From: Lepidodermella squamata
Lineage: Eukaryota > Animalia > Gastrotricha
Direction: 5' to 3'
NCBI GenBank assembly: GCA_047495785.1
Contig: JBLDXI010000054.1
Coordinates: 1,798,001-1,862,000 of the forward strand
DNA length: 64,000 nucleotides
Position 1 is the first letter of the stretch, and every line of letters starts with the position of its first letter. The notes under the pieces are model-generated. The model ran no database searches, had not been told where the DNA came from, and saw only the letters and a list, made by a program, of their open reading frames with translations. Made by a program: the position numbers and the translations under genes. Positions 24,217-36,234 of the stretch are shown piece by piece.

Positions 24217-24627
24217 TCAACCAGACTTGTTTCTTCCCTCTTGCTGCCCGTTACCACGCTGCTGTGGCTTCTGGCTTCCGGAGACAACACCACTTCGGAC
24301 TGCATTAGTTCCGTCACTCGTGGCAGTTGTAGTTTCAATAGGCACAACAGTGGTCACTTCTTCAGAGGAATCATTTTCGCCAGAGTGGCCGCCTTTGTTT
24401 CCATCCTTTTTGCCATGTTGTTCAGCCGAATTGCCGCCCTTTCCATGCTCGGGCTTGCTTGGAGAAACAGAGGAGCCATCGGCCGATGGGACGATTGTGG
24501 TGCCATCGACTTGACGATTTCCTCGTCCTTTGTTGTTGTTATCGCCACCATTTCTGCTCATTGGAGCAGCAAGAGCTGCAACAGCGAAGGCGGCGACTAA
24601 GGCGAAGACGATAGAGAACTGCATCAT
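24217..24627 (-). CDS. Small secreted low-complexity (G/N/K/T-rich) protein
   Basis: Signal peptide MQFSIVFALVAAFAVAALA then APMSRNGGDNN. Clear paralog at 41414-41803 with the same frame conserved. Confidence 0.75.
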   Translation of the reverse strand: MMQFSIVFALVAAFAVAALAAPMSRNGGDNNNKGRGNRQVDGTTIVPSADGSSVSPSKPEHGKGGNSAEQHGKKDGNKGGHSGENDSSEEVTTVVPIETTTATSDGTNAVRSGVVSGSQKPQQRGNGQQEGRNKSG

Positions 24628-25297
24628 TCAAGTATGAGTTTTGATGTTGAGAATTGGAGTATTATTTCGATTGCGAAGTTGATTGATGAAAATCCCGCTA
24701 TCAGCAGTCATTTATATACAGTTGTAAACGTGTGTGAGCTGGCGTGGGTTGACCAGCGTAGGCCGATCTCATTCACGCGAACCTGGTCACAACTCGCCCT
24801 CAACGTATTTCAGAACACGATTTCAGAATGATGACACATGCACGTTTGCTACTATTCACGCATGCGTGTCTGGTGACGTGCTCAACACGCCATGCGCAAA
24901 TTGCAACAGGTCTGATTGTTTGTGAGATTTGGAAATTTCAAATTGGAACGAATCAAGGGCAAATTTTAAAGCTAATCCTGAGACTCCATTTCAAGGTCAG
25001 CTTTTTGAACTGAGTTTGCATTATAAACTTGAAAATGAGATACTTAATTACATTTGTTTGCCATTTCGATTTGAAAACGTTTGATTTCTTCTCCAGTACA
25101 AAATGACTCTACCTGACTGTGTGTTGAAGTGCGAAGTAAGTTCGAACTGAGTCCTTTCAACCTAATTACCTAATTTATTTTCGGATGATCAATTTTGAAA
25201 GCTTGTTTTGCGGTAAGACATGTCCAGTCTCCTAAATAACTTCTATAAACGTCGGGGATCGATTGCAATTTTCATAAAATCCTACTGACATTTCGCA

Positions 25298-27793
25298 ATG
25301 ACTAAACTTCTGTCCAAGTTCGAAATGCTAGTTTTGCTGGCTATTCTCTCTTTAGACTTGGCGATTGGAGCTGAGAAGCCCTATCGGCTCTCTCTCCTTG
25401 CTATGATGCCTTTCACGGGAACTGAACCTAGGGATGGTAAAATCTGCAAGGCCTCAATGGAGCTGGTAGCAGAATTAGCAAACAAACGATCCGATTTCCT
25501 GCCAAACTATCGCATCGAGATGAAATTCGATGACGAAGCGTTCGGAAGCATGCGAACACCGCTGAACATCGTAAAATTTAGCCAGAAATTCGAGGAATCA
25601 ACTTACGCCGAATTTCAATCGCCGTTATCAGTTGGGCCACTACTAAGTGACGGTTGCAGACGCTTGGCTGCACTAATTCATCATTTCGATATGGTCGCGG
25701 TTGGCCTAGGCTGCATGGTACCATCTCTAACCGCTAATCGCATGGTGTATCCGAATTTCTATCGACTACAAATCGGCGGAGAAGCGTCGATCTACGCACG
25801 GCTCACTTTTCTAACAAAGATAGGAAAGTGGAAGCGAATTGGGATATACACGAATACGAACAACCTAATGGACTACTCCCTGGCTTTGATGACTCAAAAG
25901 TTGGCGATTGAATCAGGTATCAAAGTGGATTTCTTCGACATAGTTTTCGAGGTAACTTCCGCGTCAATCGAATCGTTGAAAACTAGCGATGTTCGTGTGA
26001 TTTTTTTCGATCTAAATTTTCCAATCATGGTACAGCAATTCTTGTGCGAAACCTACAACCAAGGTATCTCTGGAGATCGGTATGTCTTGATAGGACAGGC
26101 GAATGCATATATTGATCCGAAACTGTCACCCGAGCGGATTAGCCCTACATGCACGCGTGATGTTTTGTATAAGCAAGTTGAACGTACTGTCTGGTTAGGC
26201 GCGGCTTTGGACGCTGCGGGGGTTAATTATGGAACAACTGCATTAGGTTACGATCTTAAGACATTCGATGAACTAATTGACGCCAAGACGAATCGTTCGA
26301 GATCCCCAGACTACGCATTCCGTCACCGTTGCTCGGATGGACTTTTACAAGGTTTAATCGCGATGGATAAAGCTGAGAAAGTTCTGAACTCGAAGAATTT
26401 GAGTTTGAAAGATTTCAAGAACGAAAAGTCAGAGGTATTAAGTGCTGTGAACTCTAGTCTAGCTGAGACAGACTTCCTATCACTGCGTGTTGGTCAGCTT
26501 AAGTACTCGAAGCGGGTCGAATTTGATGACGAGCCTCAATTTGTCAGTTTTTGGACGCTTGCGACTGGAATTCGAGTTACATTCAAGGTCACTCATAACT
26601 CTGCGTTCGATTTCGCCGATCTTAGCTCGTACAACATTTTCGGAACACCTCCTTCATACTACGTACTCTCTAAAGACAGGGCTCGGGAGATTTTTCATTG
26701 GCGCAAATTTCCTATCGAACTTTCAATTCTCGTATACACTCTAGGGACAATTTCGGTTTTTGGCATGTTAGTTTTCACGCTAAAATCAGCTGTTTTGCGC
26801 TATAATAAGGGGTCCTTGCCCTCTGAACTCGAACTTTCCCCAATGTTGATACTTCTCGGCTGCGTCTTGACAAACATTAGTGCAATTCTTGTAGCTAATA
26901 GAGCAATCAGTGGAATAACTTGTATTATCAAAGTTATATCTGGAAACGTTGGACTTGCTTTGATGAATGGAGCCCTGATTGGCTTAGTTAACCTTCTCCC
27001 TATATTTCGGTCTGTGGGAGGGGTTAAGCTACGATATGAAAAGTTTGTCCTCTTCTTCAAGGAGCAAGGTGTTCTCTCGCGAAACACAATCAAAGAGCAG
27101 GAAATTTTCGTCGCCATCTTTGCTCTAATCCATTTAGGTTTCATCGCCGTTGTGACTGTTATTTGGCTTTGTATTGAGAATATTTTCGAAGTAGAGTTCA
27201 AGGCTAAACCAAGCTATGATCCAGCTTCAGATACTATTTGGCATACTATTATTGAAATCTGCTCCACTTCTGATAGCGTTTTGGCAGCTTTCGCCATCAT
27301 TCACATAATCATAGCCTCATTTGGAGCTTTGCAAGCTTTTAAGGCTCTAAGACTAGTCAAGCGATACGATGGTTTATTCTTGAGACCTCATTCAAAAGCT
27401 GCTGGCTTTGCGCTGGCAAATAACGCTACAATTCTCGCGGCGGCTATTTCGATCATCGCGATTTTGAACGATCCGATTTACGCCGAAATCGCGACTTCAT
27501 TTTCCCTGATTATAGTTGCCGATTTATCAGCGATATTCGCGATATTGCCAACTACGAAATGGCGCTTGTTTGAAGATGAAGTGAGTAGCAAGATATCTGT
27601 GGCATCTGCGCCGCGCGGTCGAAATTCCCTGCGCAGAACATCGAATGAAATTCGGCAGAGTGTTGTGATAGCTGCTAGGCCAAGATCTAATACGGCGGAA
27701 TCGCGGGTATCTGCATTGAGAATTTCTACTGTGTCTGTGCTAGAAAGGAAGCGCACAAGCACGCTCAGCACTGATTTATTCAAGGATCACTGA
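25298..27793 (+). CDS. Class C GPCR, GABA-B-like (Venus flytrap plus 7TM, no Cys-rich domain), intronless
   Basis: Signal peptide, ANKRSDFLPNYRIEM, YPNFYR, KWKRIG, seven hydrophobic helices, Ser/Arg-rich C-tail. Confidence 0.85.
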   Translation: MTKLLSKFEMLVLLAILSLDLAIGAEKPYRLSLLAMMPFTGTEPRDGKICKASMELVAELANKRSDFLPNYRIEMKFDDEAFGSMRTPLNIVKFSQKFEESTYAEFQSPLSVGPLLSDGCRRLAALIHHFDMVAVGLGCMVPSLTANRMVYPNFYRLQIGGEASIYARLTFLTKIGKWKRIGIYTNTNNLMDYSLALMTQKLAIESGIKVDFFDIVFEVTSASIESLKTSDVRVIFFDLNFPIMVQQFLCETYNQGISGDRYVLIGQANAYIDPKLSPERISPTCTRDVLYKQVERTVWLGAALDAAGVNYGTTALGYDLKTFDELIDAKTNRSRSPDYAFRHRCSDGLLQGLIAMDKAEKVLNSKNLSLKDFKNEKSEVLSAVNSSLAETDFLSLRVGQLKYSKRVEFDDEPQFVSFWTLATGIRVTFKVTHNSAFDFADLSSYNIFGTPPSYYVLSKDRAREIFHWRKFPIELSILVYTLGTISVFGMLVFTLKSAVLRYNKGSLPSELELSPMLILLGCVLTNISAILVANRAISGITCIIKVISGNVGLALMNGALIGLVNLLPIFRSVGGVKLRYEKFVLFFKEQGVLSRNTIKEQEIFVAIFALIHLGFIAVVTVIWLCIENIFEVEFKAKPSYDPASDTIWHTIIEICSTSDSVLAAFAIIHIIIASFGALQAFKALRLVKRYDGLFLRPHSKAAGFALANNATILAAAISIIAILNDPIYAEIATSFSLIIVADLSAIFAILPTTKWRLFEDEVSSKISVASAPRGRNSLRRTSNEIRQSVVIAARPRSNTAESRVSALRISTVSVLERKRTSTLSTDLFKDH

Positions 27794-28889
27794 CAAACAA
27801 CTATTTCTCGCTCTTCAAATTTGATCTGGGTCCCTGATCATTTTTGAATATAGCATAAAATTGAAAACTGTATTAATCGGATAGTGATTAAGTACATGTG
27901 TGAAAGGAGCAACACTAGTGCAGAAGTGACATGCGCAATAAAAAATGCTAATCGATTGGATAAAAAGCGTGTCTTCGCATGAGAAAAATGATTAATTTAC
28001 CAATTATGTCTCTAACGGCTAACAGTAGACTAAACTGAAGTCTGAAACATTTTTAGTTGTATGAAGTGCGAGGTATCCGAAGTAAAATTTGTAAAAACTA
28101 AAATTTGTTCGCTGGTATGTGCGGAATAAAACGCATTAAAAGCAACTTGTTTCTTATGATTTTTTATTATGTATGCTGATCAGGTTATGCGATCAGGATG
28201 TGGAATCTTAGAAAGTAAAATCTTTGCCATGAAGTAATAAGTGGCTATTTCTCTTCACCTGGTTTCAAATATTCCTTTTCGTAAAGAATATGCACGTTTG
28301 AAATGTTCATGAATATTTTTCGGAGACCAAATGGGTAGGGAGTCCATCACGAACAAAGAACAAACATTCTACTCGATTTTTCTTGATTTTTACATACAGC
28401 TATACCTTTACGAACTATTCTTGATCAGATCCGAGATCGAAGTCCAATTCGAGCTTCGAGCTCTCTTCCAGTATAATTCTTGAGAATGTCCTGTGCCGTT
28501 ACGTTGCTTTTGCCGTGATATGAACAAGAACTGGGCAATTATTTGTTGCGACGGCTTCATCAGATTTAGGAGCTGTCTGGCGCACCATGATGCTGTGACG
28601 TATTATACATTATACTGAATATGATTTGAAGCTACTTATAGGCATCAATTCCTCTCCGCCTTAGACCGCTCTCAAAGACTAAAACTGATATTATTACCAA
28701 CTTCTCTATTATTTCCAAGTCAAGGTCTTTCGACTTTTTCAGCAGTGACTTTAACGCAGTTCGGTCGGCGATTGTATAAAACAAGTTCTACCTAGGTAAT
28801 AAGCCGTATGAATTACAACCATCCGGTGCCACATCAGAGACGTTAAACTTGTTCTTTATATTCGAACAAAAGTTGACAATCTAGCAATA

Positions 28890-31148
28890 ATGAATAACCT
28901 TTTCACGGTAAGAATTACGATGGCACTGTTCAGCTTCCAAGCCTTCTCCGCTGCTACAAAGCCTTTCAACATGTCCATCTTAGGTATTGTTCCCAACTTC
29001 GGAGCCATGTGCAAGCTGGGCACTGATCTTGTGATTGAGACTATCAATGAGCGTTCGGATATTCTCCCCGAATACAACATCGTAATGGAATGGAAGGACG
29101 AAGTCGATCCGGCTATTGGTTACTCACCACTTGTCGAATTTCTGAAATTTAGAGAATCTCCACCGAATGATAACACCTTTCAAGCTCCGCTGTATCTCAG
29201 CGGATTCTACTCCAGCGGAAATATCCCTCTTGGACGAACTCTACACCACTTTGATTCTGTCGGTATATGCTTTGCGTGCGGATCTCCAGTTTTAGTAAAC
29301 CGCAAAGCATTTCCAAATTTGTACCTAACAGTGACTTCAAGTGATATTGTGGTGTCAGCTTATGTCAAATTTATGAAGGTGATCGGGAAATGGACAAGGA
29401 TTGGGATATTAACAACTGTTCTAAGTGACTACGACTTCATGACCGCGAAATACTTCTACCAGTTCGCGAACGATGAAAATATGACGATACCTTACTTCAA
29501 CGCTGTTTTAGGAATCGATAGTTACGTCATTGAAGAAATAGTGAATAATGACCTTCGAATCATCTTCTTACCCCTGAGCATTTCCCCGATGATTTGGTCT
29601 TTCCTCTGTCTCGCATACAAACGTGTGTTGACAGGGCCTCGTTACATGTTCTTCGCCGATTCTTTCACAGCTCAAAATCCAGAAAGCATTCCTAAAACAG
29701 ACATCGTAGAAAAAGATTGCACCAGCAAGATTCTAGCGGAGCAGTTCAAAAGTGTAATCTTCGCAGGGCAAGAATTGTCGCCTTTCGACAAGTCTCGGAA
29801 ATCTGAGATGGGATTTTCAATTAAAGAATTCGACTCACGGATCGATGCTAAACTTGGATTCCACAGTGAAGACAACACCCTGGCTTACTTGATGAAGGAA
29901 TAGAATACCTCGATCAAGACGCATAGCAGCAGGAAACAAGTCGCTAAGGTGATGAATGAATCAGTTTTAGCCTCAAATCGCGCCGGTTTTCGACATCAGT
30001 TGCGCTACAACCAGCGTGGAGCTAATGATGAAGACATTGTCACTTTCATGCGATGGAATGGATATAAATTTCTCACCAATTAACAAAGCCAGCCGAAAAA
30101 TCAGGGTTTCACTATTGAGACTGCACCTTCTGGTCTTGCCTTCGAAACATGGTTTGGCGGTCGCCCAAAAGATGCAGCATGGCAGCGAATCATTGTTGAT
30201 GGAGTCTCAAAACCTGTTGCTATATCAGTGTTCATTTTCAGTGTAGCTGTCTCGTCTGCTCAAGTTGTATCAATCGTTTTGCCAATATCCCTACAAAGAA
30301 TTAGGCTATATGGCTCGCTGGCAATAGCGAAACTATGTTGCATTGTTGCATGCACGTTGATGAATGTGGGATCAGTGCTAACTGTCATAGAAACAACGGG
30401 AGCAATTCAAGTTAGTAGAATCGTTGTTTTCACAACCTCTCTATCTTTCATCAATGGAATCGTCAGCTTTCGAGCAATCAACCTATTTCGAACAAGCTGT
30501 CAGGCTGTAAATGCTCTGAAGAGCCGACCTCTCTCCAATGGCCGTATCGCCCTGCGTAGGGAAAATTCCAATCAAATCAAGGCTGCCGTTCAAGAAATGG
30601 AAATTGGTGCTTCAAACTCATTGATAAAGCGCTCCCTTTGCTTTCTAGGATTGAATTTAGCTGTTGTGATAATTTGGCTTTCAAGTGATGGTTTCATTTG
30701 CACATCCATCCCAAAAGACTCTGGATCATATTATGACCTAGTTTCCGACACTTACTTCTCAATTGAGCTGCGTCGATGTGGCGTGACATGGAATACTTCG
30801 ATGATATTGGTTTTAGCCGGCATTCAAGTTGCCCTCATGGTTCTAGGCTGCATCCAGGCTGTTCGACTCCGGCCTTTAGTTGAGGTTCTCAAAAATCACG
30901 TTACTTTGCCGTCTGCGTCCTTAATTACAAGATTAGCTAGTATGAACGCTCTGGTGCTTTTCGTTTGCGTGTTTGTTTTGGCTATCGCTACTTCATCGCA
31001 GAAATTGCAACAGATTTTCGTGGCTTATGGAGCTCTGACTCTTTCTACATCAACTTCGGTCATTTTGCTATTTATGGATCTGAAAATGATCTTCTTCAAA
31101 CCGCAAAGCAACAACCGCTCATCGCGAAATGTTTCCATGGGATTGTAA
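28890..31148 (+). pseudogene. Class C GPCR pseudogene, duplicate of 38565-40874
   Basis: In-frame 57-nt deletion near 29890 (loses CHDTAVTGIMALQDTNLLL), TGG>TAG at 29901-29903, TAC>TAA at 30081-30083. Confidence 0.9.
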
Positions 31149-31294
31149 AAGGATATTATAAAAGGGGACTTGTCTATTGTCTATATGGGACTCGTCCTGT
31201 GATAGAAGTTCTTATTCGAAGACATTTTTCTTGTGGCCTCTCATGTAGCCTCCAGAAGCGTCTGGGAATGTTCTTTCCTTTGATTAGCGTATCC

Positions 31295-31451
31295 CAGTGC
31301 TCCGAGTACGGGGGGTAAGGGGGGAAAACGACCCCCCCTTGGCGTTCGAAAATTTCTGAAAAACGTGAGGGTCCTCCCTGTTGATTTGTAAATTTTGGGC
31401 TCAAAATAGCTCCATTTACCCCCCTCAGAGCTGGACCTAGTCGGATCACTG
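31295..31451. mobile_element. hAT-like MITE, 157 bp
   Basis: CAGTGCTCCGAGTA...TAGTCGGATCACTG with perfect 8-bp TSD GCGTATCC. Absent from the paralogous site at 41030. Confidence 0.9.
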
Positions 31452-31739
31452 GCGTATCCTATATTCTCTCTACTCTATTTTCATCCTAATTATATATTAT
31501 TATATCTGTCTCGAAAGAAATACGAAACCTCAAGAGTAATGTCTCCTGGGAAATGTACCATGTTTTTAGTATGGAATATAGATTTTTGTCGAACTGACTA
31601 CATTAAATCATCTGCTATTATCAAAATCGTTACAAATACTCACGGTTGCGGTATTATTTGCACTTTTTGATCCAATTCAGCACAAGCTTGAAGTAAATGT
31701 ATCATAAATCTCATATATGGCCCATTGAATAATGAAGCG

Positions 31740-31880
31740 AGAGACGTTTCAAACATGCTTGATCTTGTCCACCACTTTATGTGGCCACTTGAAGCCGGCT
31801 AGAACACTATTTCGAACTGCGTTGGTTCCGTTAATTGTTGCCTTGCTGGGGCTAACGGGTGTTTGGGAGACGGAAGGAAT
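31740..31880 (-). pseudogene. Remnant of the small secreted-protein gene (3' part, internally deleted)
   Basis: AAACATGCTTGATCTTGTCCAC and ACACTATTTCGAACTGCGTTGGTTCCG match 41416-41500. Confidence 0.75.
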
Positions 31881-32534
31881 TTGTGATGAACTTAAATCAA
31901 GCTGCCTGATGGGTTTCCAAAGCTATCAATATTCCAGCTCAAAATTTCGTTAACTATTATAATATATCAACTAGCAACTGTATTTGTTTTGAGTGCTCGT
32001 CTTATTTGTCTGATGTGACAGAGCGAACAGCGAATTCACCACGAATTCGTGTTTCGTGTTTCCATTTTCTACGTTTAATCAAGATGCATTTTTCTTCAAA
32101 AACCAAAATAGCCCTCCTGAAATAACAAAACTACATCATCGAAGTCATATAAATATGTAAATTCCTCTAAAAAAAACTCGGTAACACGTAGTGACGAGAC
32201 AAGGTTTTAGGAAGGTCAAATAACATTTCAGAAAAAAGTAAAGAAGAAATCTTCGCAAGATTGTTCTTGCTGCTGATGAAAAAGCGCATTTGGATGAGTC
32301 TTAGTGGCAATTCAGAGAAAGGTACTACAATTGACGAATGATATAACATTCCTCTTGTTGACAACCGAAATGATGGCACAAGGACATAACAAAAAGTTGC
32401 GATCAAAATGAGGTTAATGTTAATTCGGCAACTTCTTTTCTATTTTATGTTGTTTGTAGCTCTTTTTTTGCTTGAGATGGTAGTACCTATATAGTTAACT
32501 ATGCAAAAATATCGCAAAAGAGGCAGCATAGCAG

Positions 32535-32681
32535 CAGTGTGCGAAGTAGGATCCGGGAGCTGAGGTCTTTTCAAGCCGAAGATACCAAAGGGTCCCACCT
32601 GTAGTTTTTTAAGCCTTCCTCTGGTTGTAGTCTCGGAGCTGAGGTGTCGCGACACCCAGCTCCCCTGTACTTCGCACCCTG
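32535..32681. mobile_element. hAT-like MITE, 147 bp
   Basis: CAGTGTGCGAAGTA...TACTTCGCACCCTG with perfect 8-bp TSD CATAGCAG. Confidence 0.9.
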
Positions 32682-33130
32682 CATAGCAGATTTAATTATT
32701 AAAAAGATCGAATCTGCCGGGCGCTCTCATGTGCTCGCAAACCAAGCCATCTGTAAAATAAATTTATTGGGCACATGAAAAAATGTGTAAATATACATGG
32801 TATATCAATGATTGAAGTTGAAGCTATGAACAACTGCGGAACCCTTGTCAGTATTTGCGCTTACGGTAACATAAAAACTGGTAAAATAACATTTTCGAAC
32901 GAATATTGCAACCTTTCCCGGCAGCAGTCGGTTGCATATTCTAAAGCAAGGGATCTTCTCAGAGACCACAGAGTGAATATTGTCATTCTAGCAGCAGTAA
33001 TACAGTGATAACTTGGACTACCGCCCTGGACCCAGATCGTCAAGAGAGAAAAACAAATTTCGTGAATTTACGAGTATTATACATCACCAAACGTCTGCAG
33101 AAATTCTGAGGAAATTTGATCTCATACAAG

Positions 33131-35270
33131 ATGGTCACTAAACACTGTATTTTGGTCTTATTCGCCTGCATTACATGTTCGGGGGGCGAAACGATGCCCG
33201 AAATGCTTACTTCGCTACCACGACTGGATAGTCTTCTCTTCTACTTCCCGACCGGTCTTATTTGGAAAATCCTTGTTTTCGACAAGAACGGCAATACCAA
33301 TACGTTTGTCACGAACCCTCGGTCATCGATGACCAAACCTGGTGGGCCTTATGGAGGTGGGTCGTATACGACACCTATAAATGGTAACGGGCTAGCTATA
33401 TCTGAATTTCCAGCAATGACTGAGCTGACCATCGCCTTTTACTACTTCGGACCGTGCGATCAAAATGCAGCAGTTATCATGTCGATGTTTGTGAACATAT
33501 ATTGCAGCGCTAATAACTTTCGTGTCCGCGATGGCTTGGGAAATCTATTGTCGTATAACTTTCCGTATACGACGCCGAACGAATGGCAATTGGCAATCTT
33601 TACATACAACAACGTTTCAAAACAACTGTCCTACTACAAACAGACTCTCGCTGATCTTACACCAACGTCCCTTCCACAAATTGATGTAAATTTGCAGTCG
33701 TCAACTTCTGGAGAAGTTCAGGTCGGAACCGTGCATGATGGACATGATTTTATAAACATGAATGAGGCGACTCAAAGAATTGCATGCGTAAGCTACCATT
33801 CAGTCGTACTGACAATCGAGGAAATGGCGAGATTGTCAGTAGCATGTAGCCAATCGCAAACAACAACTACTTCAACTGAACAAGTCCCTACTACAACGAC
33901 AACAACCTTGGCACCAAGCGAAGCGACTACTACAACATCGGGTACAACTTTCCAGTCTATTTCAGTTTCAGATCCGATGACATCAACGCAGGGAAGCCAG
34001 GAAACCTCAGAGAAGCCGGTAGCTTCAAGTTCGAACTTAGAAACTGCATCTTCAACAACATTGACAACGACGCCTGCTAATACCTCATTTATTGAATTGA
34101 CCGCAAGCCTAGCAACGCCCCAGCAGGCTTACCCAACTTCGACTGTTGATGGCGAGCTAAGATTAGGTAGCACGCGATCTGCCCAAAGCCTAATCGAGTA
34201 TTTAGATGACTTCAAAGAGCCACCCCCAAGCCGAGCCTTTGATACAGCCGAGAATGTCCTGAAAAATTGCGACCACTTCGAAAATAGCAGATTTTCTCCA
34301 CCCCAAATCGACTTGGAGAAACCTAATATTGTCAACATCACATTTGAAGTCCCCAGCCTGTTAGAATTATCTACCTCCGATGATACAATATCAGTTAGCG
34401 GCATTGTGCTTATGTCATGGAGAGTCAACACAGATTTACGTTGCTAAGCCTGATCAAATGTGGTTGCCGCAAATAAGATTTGTAAACAGTGCTCATTTGA
34501 ATATCTACATGAAGAATGTAGCTGTCGGGGACGATTTCTTGGTAACTATGGACGGAGCAGGTTTGGAGTTGGAGCCAAACAAAACCTTCAACTTCTACTG
34601 GACAAGGGAAGGCTTCTTCAAAGCCGATCGCATGCAGATCATTACGGATTTCCCATTCGATACTCAGACATGCATTTTCGAGTTTAGTCTCACGAGATCT
34701 CGTAGAATCTTGACATTCGCCGACCTGCCGACTTTTCTCTGGCGTATCGGGGCAGTTAGTAACACTGAATGGGTTGTCAAGGATCTCTCAAGTCGTTTGT
34801 CCTGGACACGCTTTAACGGATTCAATGTGACCACCGCTGTGTTCGAAGTCACCCTAAAGCGGCTTCCGAGGTATTATATCGACAATCTATATCTGCCAAC
34901 AGCAATTCTGGGTGGGCTAGACCTTGCAACGTTCTTCATGGCCGCTGCTATGCCTGAACGACCATCCTTCACCGTGACCATCCTCTTGGCAATGGCTGTA
35001 TCACAAACGGAGTTAATCAGCGGGTATGCAAGTGCGGATAGTACTATACTCAGCAGTTACATGCAAATGATGGCTTGGTTCTCGGCTGCGGTCACCCTTT
35101 ACCAAATGATTGCTCTGTGGCTAGTACGTTCTGTGTTTGTGGGGAAACGCACGATGAAGAGGCTGCTGCGGGGCCACATCAGTCTGGTCAGGCTTATTGA
35201 TGCTATAGCCTTCGTCGCAGCTTTGGCATTTTTCTGCTTCGCCAACGGCTTCGTGCTCAGCAAGTATTGA
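33131..35270 (+). CDS. Chimeric pLGIC G7: signal peptide, LamG/pentraxin-like domain, Thr/Ser stalk, Cys-less pLGIC; one frameshift at about 34423-34447
   Basis: LamG-like pattern ELTIAFYY...EWQLAIFTYNNVSKQLSYY...IACVSYHSVVLTIEEMARL. About 100-aa T/S-rich stalk. Channel motifs MWLPQIRFVNS, TDFPFDTQTC, LKRLPRYYIDNLYLP, PERPSFTVTILLAM, four TM. Confidence 0.75.
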
Positions 35271-36234
35271 GAGCCTTTTATCATAATGATTCTAAATAGC
35301 AGACTATATCAGCCAGAAACATTAAACATTATTTCTCATCTTCATTTTATTAGTTCTTATTTAACTTGAACTGCAATTAAAATGCAAAGTGTAAGCCAAC
35401 CTATGATTTTTCTCTCATAACAAGCTAAGTGTTCCGTGTAGCTTCTCTTCGCTCGAACCGAAAACTGGGTTATTCTCGAGTTAAATTCGCTATATGTTTC
35501 TACACTGTAAACAATTTGGGTATAACTTTCTCGGATATTATTTACCCATAAACTCAATTATTATGGAGTGAATGCTTTTTGAGGAGTTCCGAATTGAACT
35601 TCACAATAACGAGCTCCTTGTTGATTCCTGGATCGTTGATGAACAGCTCCTGAATAACTGGCTCAATTCCCATCAATAGCTGGTATGGGAGTTCCAGCGA
35701 CAAAGATCAACTCGGCGAAGCCGGTTACTATTATACTGTAAGCTTGAGCTTCTCGGCTGACTGTATCCTCAATCTAAAACTTTCATTTCAAATAAGAATA
35801 TGGAAGCATCATAAGCTTTAAGTCTTACTGTGGCCCAATAGTTTGAAATTTCGGAGAAAACTGCGATTTTCCGCCACCCAATGTGACGGATGTAGTGAAT
35901 GAGGTATTTGTAAGTTGTAAGTTAGGTCGTAAGAAAGCATTTGTAGGACAAATAAATTGCTGACGAGTTTCCGATTAGCTAAAATCTCAGGACTAGGCGT
36001 TCCAGTTGCTATTTGTTTCAGATGAGATGCAGAAATACGATAAGTGACTACAAAATCTCACCCCAGCGATGGGAAACTGCCTCATAATAGGGGCTGTGTT
36101 CATTTGAGATGGACAAATTGGCCCAATCATAAGCGGTAGCCTAGTAGTAGCCGTTTCACTTGCAGCCAGGGTCCTCGAACACTGACAAATTCATTCTCAA
36201 ACATGTGTCACAGAAAATATCTGAATTTACCATG

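Noticed and set aside
24064-24600. Plus-strand ORFs (also 41411-41834) as genes
   Set aside because: Antisense shadows of the secreted-protein genes, which have the signal peptide and conserved frame.
34424-34433. 10-nt GT..AG micro-intron (GTCAACACAG) that would restore the G7 frame
   Set aside because: Far below the ~50-nt introns seen here, poor donor consensus, and the product would still lack the PCxxW segment.
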